NCBI GenBank assembly: GCA_977016875.1 | Contig: CDRNST010000104.1 | Coordinates: 3,410,001-3,474,000, forward strand | From: Pavona decussata | Lineage: Eukaryota | Direction: 5' to 3' | DNA length: 64,000 nucleotides | Part shown: positions 1 through 11,300 of the stretch, piece after piece | Layout of the letters: each line of letters opens with the position of its first letter | Numbering within the stretch: position 1 is the stretch's first letter | Translations under genes and position numbers: made by a program | The notes under the pieces: generated by a model | Seen by the model: only the letters and a program-made list of their open reading frames with translations | What the model was told of the DNA's origin: nothing | Database searches by the model: none

Positions 1-1663
1 ATATTATTGAGCAAAGAGAAACTGCTCTTTACGTAGTTTCGTGTTGCAAAAAAAATCTTCTATGCCATATATTTAAACGGATAGTAATACAGCAATCTAG
101 AGATCCGTTCAAACCAGTTCAAGAAGCACAAAAGTAGCACCAAAACCAGTAAACATCGGGTTTTCGAATTTGTATTTAGGAAATGTTTCATAAAGTAAAC
201 GATCTTTAGTTTTGTAACGAGCCGGATATCTCACCACCTGGACTTTTCACCCTCGTGACAACCTTTACTGTTATGCATATATATCTTTTTTGCAAATGTA
301 TTCCACGAGTTGTCGTGGATATGGAATGATTCGGTGACAGAGGGATTGAAAAAAAAAAAAAAAAAAAGCAGACACGTGTATACATTGGCTTCCATACGCT
401 CATCAACGATCGCTCAGTTTTCTTGAAAAAGGACTGGTTATCAGTGATAATATGGAGCAAAACTCATCCTCATCATCCTACATTTTGCTTATCTTCTCAG
501 GCTAACAGTATAAAAACACCCAAGGAGGAAAAGCGCGAAACTTGAAATTTTGTGCGATATAAATTACCTAAATATATCTATAACAAAACATCTATAACAA
601 AACAAAACAAAACAGCGCGAGAAAATAAAATACGTTTCGGCAGCTTTCATTTGAATTGTTAGATCAACACTCTAAAAGGGTTTAGAGTGGAATGGAAGAA
701 AGGGCTAAAAGTGTATTACAAACAGAACGATTGGCTTTATTTCATCTCTTATTTTCAGGTTTTGCTGTCAGTTAGGCAGGTAGTACCCGCAACTTAAGCG
801 AACTAAATTTACGAAGTGAATAAAGCCATCAAGGAGATACACAAACTAGTCAGTAACAGCAAACCTCCCTTAACTTTGCTAGTATTTATGTCTATAAAAT
901 GCGTTTAGCAATTTTACTTCAGGTTTAGTGCATTCGATCCAAATAAGGTGCAATGTCCGTTTGAAATCTCCTGCTTTAAATCTCATCTTGTCAAATTTAT
1001 GAGCAAAATTTACACTCAGGTAAGACCTATCGAACTGATTTCCAAAGGAGTCGTAAAAACAGTTACAACGGTTATCAGTAAATCAGCTGGAAGATGTCTC
1101 TTACAAGTGAGTTGCAAGGCAACGTGCTTTTGAACTGTGAAATTCAAGTTCGGTAGCTTTTATTGCAAACCGCTATTAGGGATATTACTTCCTGATTGTT
1201 ACAAATAACCTGTTATTGCAGTTCAATGTGTGAGCGGTTACAACTGACAGAAAGGCTTCACAATTTATTTCGTATCTCTTGCAGCCATATTCTTACAACA
1301 TTTTTTTAATACCATGCTTTTTATTTCCTTTCTTGCACAACATCAATTTCAACTTGATTTCAACGGAAAGTAGTGTTGTTACAGCACTTAAAATTAGCTA
1401 AGGAATTCAACTTAATGTTATCAGTGTAAATTAATTTTGTTTTTTCGATTATTCCGGTTCTTAAAGTTTTGAACAAAATGTAACAAAGCATTTGTTATGG
1501 GGTTTCGTTAACTTGCTCTAACCTACACCGTTGAGCTATCTGGTTGTCAGTTTAGCCTCAGCTAATTCTCCTTTTGGCTAGTGTACCCAGTGCCCTAACT
1601 CTGGTAATCTGACTGTATGGGATGTTCTACTCTACATTTTGCAAGAGTACTCAGCCACTTGCC

Positions 1664-3403
1664 TTAACTGTTATTTATTGAGTGGTTTCTTACCTCTAGA
1701 GCGCATCCGCAGGGGTAACCACATCCTCCGTATCCCAAGCCGCATCCCCCGTATCCTCCGCATCCTCCATATCCTCCACATCCCCAGCCTCCGAGAAAGG
1801 GATACCCGTAGCCATAGGCTGATAATCCGTATCCTCCCAATCCGCTGTATCCGAGTCCTCCACAGCCAGGTAATCCCAGGAACGCAGGCCCTCCACAGCC
1901 GCATCTCTTTTCAGCCTGGTTGGCGTTGTCTGAGGATGGTGGTTTACAGCCACAGTCACCTTTGTCTTTCTTTTTGTTCTTTGCTTCGGTATTTTCATCT
2001 GTTTCTATTTCGGCTTTGTTTTCTGCTGGTGTTTCTTCATCTGTTTCTCTTTTTGGTTTCGTCTCGGGTTGCCTGGCTTTACCTTTTTCAGAAATCTTGG
2101 ATTTGTAGAATCCGCAACCACACCCACAACCTGGACCCCATCCCCCGAAACCTCCATAACCCCAGCCATTACCAGGGAAAGCACCCCATCCCCATCCACC
2201 TTGGCCATATCCTCCCCATCCTAACCGACCACATCCTAATCCTGCACATCCTAAACCTCCACACCCTAATCCTCCGCATCCACCACACCCACCTAGTAAA
2301 CCACCACAGCCTCCAAGCAAGCCATATCCACAGCCTCCGAAGCCACCATAACCGCACCCTCCAAAACATTTCTTGTCGGCCTTCCCGGGCGCGTCGCGCT
2401 TGCTTTTCTCTCCTTTAGCAATTTTGGACTTATAAAAACATGAACCGAAAGGATAATGACCGAGGTAAGGGCTGAAGCTACCAAAGGCGGGAACACCGAA
2501 GCCAAGCCCTGGATGTCCGTAATTAGCCCAACCGGGATATCCGAATCCAGCGGGAACAGCAAACGGGGCATATCCACCATAACCGTAAAACCTCTTTTCT
2601 ACATTCCCCCTTCGGTTGGGATTTTTCTTATCGGTTTTTGGAACACCAGAGCGGAACAGGGCGCCACCATAATATCCTGGATAGGGATACAATCCATAGC
2701 CAGGAAAGGCGCCGAGACCATAGGCGTACGGAGCTGCATTATAACCACCCCAAGGGACAGCAAAACCACCAAAATACCCCCCGAGACCATACCCCCAGGG
2801 GTGCTCAACTCCAAATTTCTTAGATGAACCTCGACTTCTTGGACCTTTTGGTACATTAGACTTGTACCAATAGCCAGGCCAGCCTAGACCGGCTCCGTGA
2901 CCATATCCCGCTCCAAGTCCATGTGCAGGCCAAAAGCCAGGCGCGGCACTGGGATAAAAACCTCCAAACCCAAGTCCGTGGAATGCACCCCAACCAGGAT
3001 AACCCCAACCGCCAAACACACCTTGACCAGCATTGAACCATCTCTTAGAACCTTTTTGTTTGCTCTCTTTTTCTTTTTCTGTCGCTCCATCTGACAGTTC
3101 GTTTGATTTATCATCGTTGGTTTGTTCAACAGAGCTTGTATCGTTCTCGCTTTCTTCAACCTGTTGTTCTTTTTCGTCTTCTTTGGTCTCGGATTCGTTT
3201 TGGTTATCTTCTGCCGGCTTGTCTTCATCCTTCTCCTGTTCTTGATCGGAAGATTCAGGCGGTGAGTCTTCTTCGGGTTCGTCTCGTTTTAAGCGCTCTT
3301 TTCCTTCATTATTCTGGGATAGTGGCTTACTGTGTACCACGAGAAGACTTCCTAAGACTAGAAATACTAAAAAAAGGGAACAATTAAGTCGCAACGCAGC
3401 CAT
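1664..3403 (-). CDS. Secreted Gly/Tyr/Trp- and Gly/Cys-rich modular polyprotein precursor (cluster gene 1, ~579 aa)
   Basis: First in-frame ATG is at 3403 (the ORF track starts at a TTG). Signal peptide MAALRLNCSLFLVFLVLGSLLVVHS, then an acidic propeptide and five Gly-rich modules each opened by KR/KK; four end in [KR]S-x-[IV]. A possible splice donor (GAG|GTAAGA at 1693) makes the last 10 codons uncertain. Confidence 0.88.
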   Translation of the reverse strand: MAALRLNCSLFLVFLVLGSLLVVHSKPLSQNNEGKERLKRDEPEEDSPPESSDQEQEKDEDKPAEDNQNESETKEDEKEQQVEESENDTSSVEQTNDDKSNELSDGATEKEKESKQKGSKRWFNAGQGVFGGWGYPGWGAFHGLGFGGFYPSAAPGFWPAHGLGAGYGHGAGLGWPGYWYKSNVPKGPRSRGSSKKFGVEHPWGYGLGGYFGGFAVPWGGYNAAPYAYGLGAFPGYGLYPYPGYYGGALFRSGVPKTDKKNPNRRGNVEKRFYGYGGYAPFAVPAGFGYPGWANYGHPGLGFGVPAFGSFSPYLGHYPFGSCFYKSKIAKGEKSKRDAPGKADKKCFGGCGYGGFGGCGYGLLGGCGGLLGGCGGCGGLGCGGLGCAGLGCGRLGWGGYGQGGWGWGAFPGNGWGYGGFGGWGPGCGCGCGFYKSKISEKGKARQPETKPKRETDEETPAENKAEIETDENTEAKNKKKDKGDCGCKPPSSDNANQAEKRCGCGGPAFLGLPGCGGLGYSGLGGYGLSAYGYGYPFLGGWGCGGYGGCGGYGGCGLGYGGCGYPCGCALEVRNHSINNS

Positions 3404-4309
3404 AGTCTTCCGCGAGGAACGAAAGACCAAACTACGCCTTTAGTGAGACCACAATGTCTTTGCAAATGCAAAAGCCAACCTTACGTAAGTTATTAAATAT
3501 TCTTTTGTAATATAGAAAATAACGTGGCAAATAAAACATTAAAAAGACAAAACATTTTGCGTGTAGAATATTGTCTTCAGAATTCCAGGGCAAGCAATAA
3601 TTTAATTAGGTGAAAATTTATCAATATATTTTGTACGTTGCAAAGATGCTAGAATAAAGTTTGCAGTGGTGTGGATAGGGAGTATTTGATATTACTATTT
3701 CTTACTCCCAAGAAAAGTGATTTATCTTATTGCAAACCAACATTAATAAGTTATTTATGTCACCTGTTTAGAAGTCACGGGAGGGCAATTTTGCTTTGTT
3801 TGAGTAGTTATAGTTGTTTTGGCGAAGTTAAGTGACTACAGGTGTCCTACCATATTTGGCAAGACCATAAAGTGTTCAGCTACACGGAGCGACGGTTAAT
3901 TTGAAAGAAAAACGCGATTATCGCTGCCCACATTTAAAGAAAAATCATTACCTGGTTTGTTCAGTTTCTCCCCCAAACGAGGTGGCAAGTACCATGCTTT
4001 GAGCAAGCGTGATTGGTTGGGTTTAGGTTTACAATTATTTCAGTTTGTATTCCAGTTTTAACCCAAGGTACTTTTAAGACAAAAGTTAAAATAAAAGAAC
4101 AAACTATCGAGAATATTTTACAAACTGTGTTCTAAGTCAACATCATAACATTCATAAACAACTATATCTTAACGTGAAATTTATTTCTTGTGAACGCTTT
4201 ATAAAGAAGGCTTCAACATTTTTTTCTGGGCTTTAAACATTAAGAAATCCTGTTGTTATTTACTGGACTGTACCTCGAACGTGATTTAAAAATCTTCAAA
4301 GGTGGAAAC

Positions 4310-4875
4310 GAAACCACCTTGGTCAATTAGGTTTTCGCTGAGCTGATTAAAATGTCAACGACTCTTTTTAGTTGGTGCGACACTCTTGAGAGAATTAAGT
4401 GTTAGAGCAATTTGTTTCACATGGACACTTTGTTAGTCAACAATACGACCCGCAAACTACGAGCAGTTTATGACTGGTGGTGTTTGTGGCAAGTAATTGG
4501 GAAAGTTTTCGACTATAAAAAGAAAAATGTTTTAAAAAGGCAAACCAATTTACGTCGGTCAATCATGTGTTTAATGAGCTGATCAAATTGACAAACACTC
4601 TTCTTTGTTGGTGTAACAATACTGAGGGCTTTATGTACTTGAGCAAGTGTTTGTGTCAAGTAATTGGGAAAGTTTTCGACTACAAAAAGAAAAATGTTGT
4701 AAAACGGCAAACCAATTGATGTCGGTCAATAATGTGTTTATTGAACTGATCAAATTGTCAGCCACTCTTCTTTGTTGGTTAAACACTACTGAGGGCTTTA
4801 TGTATTTGGGCAATTTGTTCAACAATGGCTACCTGTTAGACAGCGACACGACCCGTAAACCACGATTAGTTTGCT
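4310..4875. repeat. Degenerate tandem duplication, ~167-bp unit, 2 clear copies plus 1 partial
   Basis: caagtaattgggaaagttttcgacta...tactgagggctttatgta occurs at ~4490-4640 and ~4657-4805. gcaatttgtt...acgacccg occurs at ~4407 and ~4810. Confidence 0.8.
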
Positions 4876-6053
4876 AATGTAGTTAGCAGGTGGGAATTTT
4901 TGTCAATTAATTGAAAGTTTTCTTGAATCAAAAAGTGTTTGTTTTGACGAGTAGCTTTATTTTTGTATGGTACACGATATACAATAAGAGTTTTAAGAAT
5001 ATTGCGACATTTGTTTATATTCCAACTTCACCCATATGCTGTTAAAAACATGTGCTAGTGTAAAGCATGTACGACAGAGAGAAGCTGATTCTCGAAAGGC
5101 ATGCGCCATGCGAAGCGTTACGACATGCAGGGAAAGGGGCAAAGGACAAGAATATTTCCATGAAAACAGGCGTCTTTCTACTCACTTTCATCTGGAAATT
5201 CTTGCCGCTGATGTAGCTAAAATGAACTACATCAAATCAATTGACGGGCGTTTAAAACCAAATCATAGCGAAGCTCACCCTTGCTGTTGTCTGAAGAAAA
5301 ACACTTTAACATGTCAGGTGTTTGCTTTTGGCGTTATTGCAAAATTAAGCTAAGTAAAGCGCCCATGAATATAAAAAAGTTTGCGAATTTGGCCAAAAAA
5401 AAAAACCACACACACGCACACAACAAAATTAAGAAAGCACAAATTTATTAAACTCATGTTCAAGGGTCCTAAGAGGAGAAGAACGGCTTGAAAAGATCGT
5501 CTAGATCATTTCATTTAATTTGTTTGGAATTATTTTAATTGCCTAATTACCTGCTCACTTCTCAGATATCATACAGTTGTAATATAGAACAAATTCATTC
5601 ACAGGAAAAATCCACTTACACCAGTCATATCTACTGGCTTAACGCTAGCTTAGCAAACAGATATCCGGAAATCATTCCATTTGCACCAGATATGATATGC
5701 TTATCCCTATATCTCGTGTTTGCACTGCATAACATACTCTGAGCTTAAGTAGTCAGTGAATATATGCAATGATTGAATATGTAAGCTGGCTGCATTAAAA
5801 GAAAAACAAAAGAAAGAAAAAAGATTTGAGAATGAAAGACTTGTGTGTTGCATTTAGTGTACCTAAGAAAAGAACAGTGGTTGAAGGGGTCTGATCTATA
5901 ACCTTTCGATACCAATGCACTACTTGACTCAATCGAGCGATGAAACGAACTCGAGAACTGATCCTCCTCCGTGAATTCGAATTTATGGCCATAAATGCTG
6001 GATAAGTAAAACTGAATACACGAACTGATCACATAGTACTAAGTTTCGCTTCA

Positions 6054-6374
6054 CAGGGGCGCTTCCCATTCACCCAAAATTTCGGTCTAACCAGTCGAAA
6101 TGCAAATGGAACTCGCGGAGCAAACAGAAATTTCCTGGAACAAACGAAAGACCTTCTGATGTACCCCACTTTTTCCGTCCTAACCGGTTAGAATGGAAAG
6201 TGCTATTCCATTTGCACAAAGTTTCCATTACCTCGTTGTTTTATTCTTACGCCATCATTGCGCCTTCGCAGTGAGAGATCAAGTTTGGAAAAAATGGATA
6301 AAAGACTTTCCATTTGACACGGGAGGTTTCCTGAATTTGCAATCAAAATTTTGGCTTAATGGAAAGCGCCCCTG
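6054..6374. mobile_element. MITE / non-autonomous DNA transposon (~320 bp)
   Basis: Imperfect terminal inverted repeats caggggcgcttcccatt...ccaaaattt and aaattttgg...aatggaaagcgcccctg. No coding capacity; TSD not clean. Confidence 0.7.
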
Positions 6375-8330
6375 GTGGCCATGGAAATTTTCTAGTTTGG
6401 GGAAGTTACAGTGTATCATATACAAAGAGTTAAATCCTCCGCTCCCGAAAAAGAATTTTTTTGGAGCATCGTCGATACCAAATTTTGGCAGTTGTATGAG
6501 AAAATATTCAATGATCCTGACCCTATACTCGGATCCTCATTCGAAATGGTTGTAACGTCCAACAGTGACCAAGGTACATTTCGTCTCAGTTCAACTGACG
6601 TGGTAAAACGCACCACAGCCCTTAAAGAGAGTTGCTATTCTGAGACTGAGAATGTTTTTGTCCACCCGACAATAGAGTGAGGCAAAAATAGGCCGGCAAA
6701 TTAATCCTGTAGACCTAGTCAGACACACTGATAATTCACACATTCGTTTTGTCTGTGAAATAGCACTGCTTTATTGACCATTTGGTCAATTTACTATCAC
6801 AGGTGCTCAACAATTTGTCGTTTGTTAGTAAACACAATAAATGATTAAATATAAATAAACTCGGGAGGACAATTTCAGCCGTCAAGCCTAAATACTTTTC
6901 ATACATCTGCTGCAATACCTGATCACTAAAACCACTATCGTTTGGCACAGACGAATTTCAGATAATCTCTCAATTGTAAGATTTACGCTGAAAACACGAG
7001 TCTAAGGATTCTTTTAATCATTCATTAATGTGCTTGAGAAAATTGTTTTTCTTCGCAATTTGACTAACTTTTAATTATCAAAAGCGGATATGTTAGTTTC
7101 TTTCATTATAGAAAAGAGAGAAACACCTACGTTTAACAGCCCAGTGTTGTATTGTTGCAACAACAACGGATGATGCCATATTCTCGGAAATGAACTATCT
7201 TGACCGTTGCTTGTTAAACTTAGTGAAAAGAGACACCATATCACCTACCATCTTAGATGGTTCCTATTTAAAAACGGTAGAAACTGAAATTAGCGCGAAA
7301 ACGTTTTGCTACTTATAGAATGAAAGAAAAATAATAAGTTTCTTGTCTGTTTTCTTTCATGAATTAATTTTTCTTTGTTAGTTCGTGCGTTTCATATGAC
7401 AGCGTTGTTTTAAAGATGATTTTTATTACCTAAATAAGGGTTACATTTACCACGAACTCTTCCATAAAAAGATTCAACTCAGTTCTTTTAAATATCTCTT
7501 GCTTACACCTCTTAGTTAAGACCTTTATTCTTCTCTTTTTTCACCATACACCCTATTGTTCGTGGGCCTGACAGCATATAAAAGGTCCTGATTTTCAATA
7601 ACACTGATGCTGTTAACTCAAGTTTTGACGATCATCGAACCGTTACCTTGAATGGAAATAAATACAAGAATATTATTTTGACTTCATGCAGATGACCTCA
7701 AATTTGATTTATTTTGTCTTTTTCCTTTACTTTAAACTTTGTGAAGGTCAAAACAATGTACTTTGACCGATTAGCTATACAAACAAAAACAGAATACTTT
7801 ACTTTCAATTTTAATTAGATTTCCCTCCCGTGGTAAAGTTAGAAAGTAGATTTATTCTCGATTCTTAAAATGGCAGATATGCTTGTATTAAAAAGCTGGA
7901 ATACGCAGTAACATTTCCCCAACATTTTGCGCCTTTTTCAATTGTGCAAGAAAGTAGGTGTGTGTGTAAAAGTGTTTTTGCTGCAAAATCTTGACACTAT
8001 TAGTAAATTGTTCATTGAACTTGAACAAAGCACCCGCGTTTTCTACACCCCTAAACACAAACCTTGCATTCATGAAGCGAGTGTTTGGTTGCCGGAGCGA
8101 GAAAGACCTGCCCAAAGTGTACTTTTGATTGGAGACTAACAGGTGCTCTTTGTTCCGACTAGCTGGTTTCATGAGATAAGACGGGTTAATCCAAATTCCG
8201 TGCCCCTTATATCATCTCTTGTCTTTTCACGAACCGGCCCAAAAAATTGCCTGTGATGTAATAACAAAACAATGGTTGCAGAGATCGCACTCATTTCCCT
8301 GGCAAGTCTAATGTACTGAAAAGCGACATA

Positions 8331-11300
8331 ATGTTTGGCCGGTCGCCGCCAAATATTCTGGCGACTTCAGTAGTTTGTTTCTTACTCTTTCTTCAATTTC
8401 AGTGGTCTCCAACGCAAGCGAAGCCTTACTCAAAACAAGAGTTTTTAAGTACATATACAGCAGGTAACCTTGGAGGTGTCCGTGAAGAAGATTGGCCGGA
8501 ATTTGTAAACTATAATAATGGACAAAATATAGAAAGAAGTAAGAGAAGTCCAACTGAAGTGGAAGATGAAACACTGGACAGTTTGGTAGAGAAAACTTTA
8601 AGTGTAAGAGCTCGAAAGAGACAAGGTATTGAAACGCCGATACAACCTTTGAATTCAGACTCTCCTTTAGATCTTCCACACTTTAGCACTGAAGAACATG
8701 TTCGCTCAAAAGTTAACCAACCTGATAGTGAATCGGTTGGTGTAACGGTGGAAGAAGAAAAGAAAGCAGATGACGACATCTCTAGTACGAAGGATTCGAA
8801 AGGAGGTGATAATAACGTCAAGCCGGCAACGGGAAATGAATCAAACGAACTGCATCAAGACGAAAATGTTTCTTCGAGTAATGAAAATTTGAACAATAAC
8901 AAACAGAGAGGAACAGAAAACAAAGAGAATTTAGCAGCACAGGATAAATCTGATTCCAGCAAAGTCAGTCTAAACACTGATTCAAGTACTGACAACAAAA
9001 ACAGTAAAGATACTGGGGAAAGCAAAGCAGACTTGAGCAGGTCCGTTGATGAAAATGCACAAGTTCGTACGGTCCAAGGTACCAGTCAGATAAATAAAAT
9101 TGGCAATATTCCTAATGACAAGAGCGGTTCAAAATCTACACCACTGGACAACGATCAGTCTAGTTCAGTTACCGCTAGTACCAAAACAAATCAACAGGAA
9201 ATCCAAACTACAAATACAAATAATGCCAACAAACAGCAGGTAGACACCGACGTAAGTAAACCCACCGCAGCGAAACCCGAAACATCGGGTTTAGTTTCGA
9301 GTAATCAAAAACCGGCAGCTCCTTCAGAACAACGTCCACCAACTAACTCCCAGTTATCCGAAGAAAGCAAACCGATAAACACAGTACCTCAAATAAAAAA
9401 TGAACCAGAGGAACCGGTTCGAGATGCATTGGGGAATAGTGGATCAGAAATTGTGACAACTCATTCTCCCCGAGAGCCTGAACCTGAACTTGATTCATAC
9501 TCAGAAAGAAGCGCGGAAGCGAAACCTTCTAATGGACCTGAGGTTGGACATTTTCAAGTAGATGACAAATCTGCCGATCTTGAAATAAACGCTAACTCTG
9601 CCGGGGTAAAAGTTAAAGCTAAACCCGCCTCGTTACAGGTGGTTTCACGCCCTGGTTCTCACGCCGCATCGGGGGCACAAGAGCGATCTTTGTTCGGCCA
9701 TTACCACTACCCGCCTTATCATGTTCATCACCACTGGTATCCTGGCTTGCGTAGGTCATACGGGCATTTCCACCGACGCCATTTCTTCAATCCTTACCCG
9801 CCTTTTCCTGAAAGGCGTAGTTTCGAACGCTTCTACGACGAAGCACCTTTCTACCGTCGCCGCTTGCACTACTGGTACCCTCACAGACATCGACACCATT
9901 TCCCGGATTCCTATTTGTACGAAAGATCCCAACTAGAGGAGCCGGAAGAGCCTTTAAGATATCGTCGGCGAAGACGCCATAAACGGCGTTTTAGGCATAT
10001 GAACGGTCCGTATCGACGCCAGTTTTATAACAACATTCCGATAACGAATGGCATGGAATCAACTCCGATGGGCGTGCCACCGGAAGAAGGAACAATGCCT
10101 CAGTTACCAATTGGCCCACTTCAACCATTTGCACAGCGGCAGAATATTATAACGCCAATGCCACCTCCGATAAACGTTGCTGGAAATCCACCGCCTGGCT
10201 TACTTGGAGGAATGAACGCGGAGAACTTTCCAATGAACGAAATGAGCAATTTTAATGGGATAAATCAAGTAAATGGCGCATTTAATGGGATGGGTAATAT
10301 GGGCACAACGGGATTCAATTCTCCAGAACAAATTGGCGCCATTGAAGGTTTACCAGTTGGAATGAACGGTGGTTTGGAAGGAATGCAAGCAGCTGAACAG
10401 ACACCCGGTATAACCAGAGAACTACCAAACAGGAAAACTTTAGCTGAGGAACCAAGAAAGGCATTCAAGAAGACTGCGATCGTTTCTGGGAAGAAGGACA
10501 ACCACACAACAACTAAAGAACACTCACACGATCAAAATACAGCACTTAAGAACAAACACTCAGAAGAAGGTAAAAAGATGCAGACAACTGGCAGCACAAA
10601 GAAAGCAAAGATAAACCTAAAAAGTTGGGAAAAAACTCTCAAACGTTATCATCGACTCAATAAGTTTACGTCAAAATCACACGAAAAACATCAATTTCGT
10701 AGGAGTACCAAATCTTCTTCTTTAGACTCGGAAACAAAGAACACTGAAGGAAAAGTTCTACAAAAACACCGCATCTCGCATCTTCACTCACAGCGTGCAA
10801 AAGACACAAAAGGGAAGCGAAAGAACGAGATTATAATGCACCGTCCACCAATCATATATCACCCTCCGCCTGAAATCTATCACCGCCCTGACATTGTGGT
10901 TCACCGTGCACCGATTATGCTGCATCGGCCGCCTATAATTTACCATCAGCCTCCCGTTGTTGTTCACCGACCAGCAATCATCTACCATCAACCACCCATA
11001 GTCTTCCATCAACCTCCTCCAATGGTCCATCAGCCAATCCTGCGCTCTCACGACACATGGGTGACAAAGCCTGTGGTGTATCACACAGCATCCACAGTTT
11101 CTCACGATAAGACATACTTTGGAGTACCGTCTCACGTGTACACTGGCTCTTATGGTGAAGGATGCCACGGAGGACATTGTTCTTACAGAAAAGGAAGTGT
11201 GCCACATAGAAATAATTCCCAAGCTACCCTTCATAAGATAAAAACAAAACGCGACAGTTTGAGTGACTATATGGCTTATTTTACGTCCTTGTGGAAGGCT

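Noticed and set aside
1639-3387. Overlapping ORFs on both strands of gene 1 (e.g. 1639..2418, 259 aa)
   Set aside because: Antisense or alternate-frame shadows of Gly-rich codons.
4310-4875. CRISPR-like or satellite array
   Set aside because: Only 2-3 long degenerate units with no repeat-spacer structure, in a eukaryotic context.
7577-7584. TATA box (tataaaag) for gene 2
   Set aside because: About 750 bp from the ATG in AT-rich DNA, with no TSS evidence.
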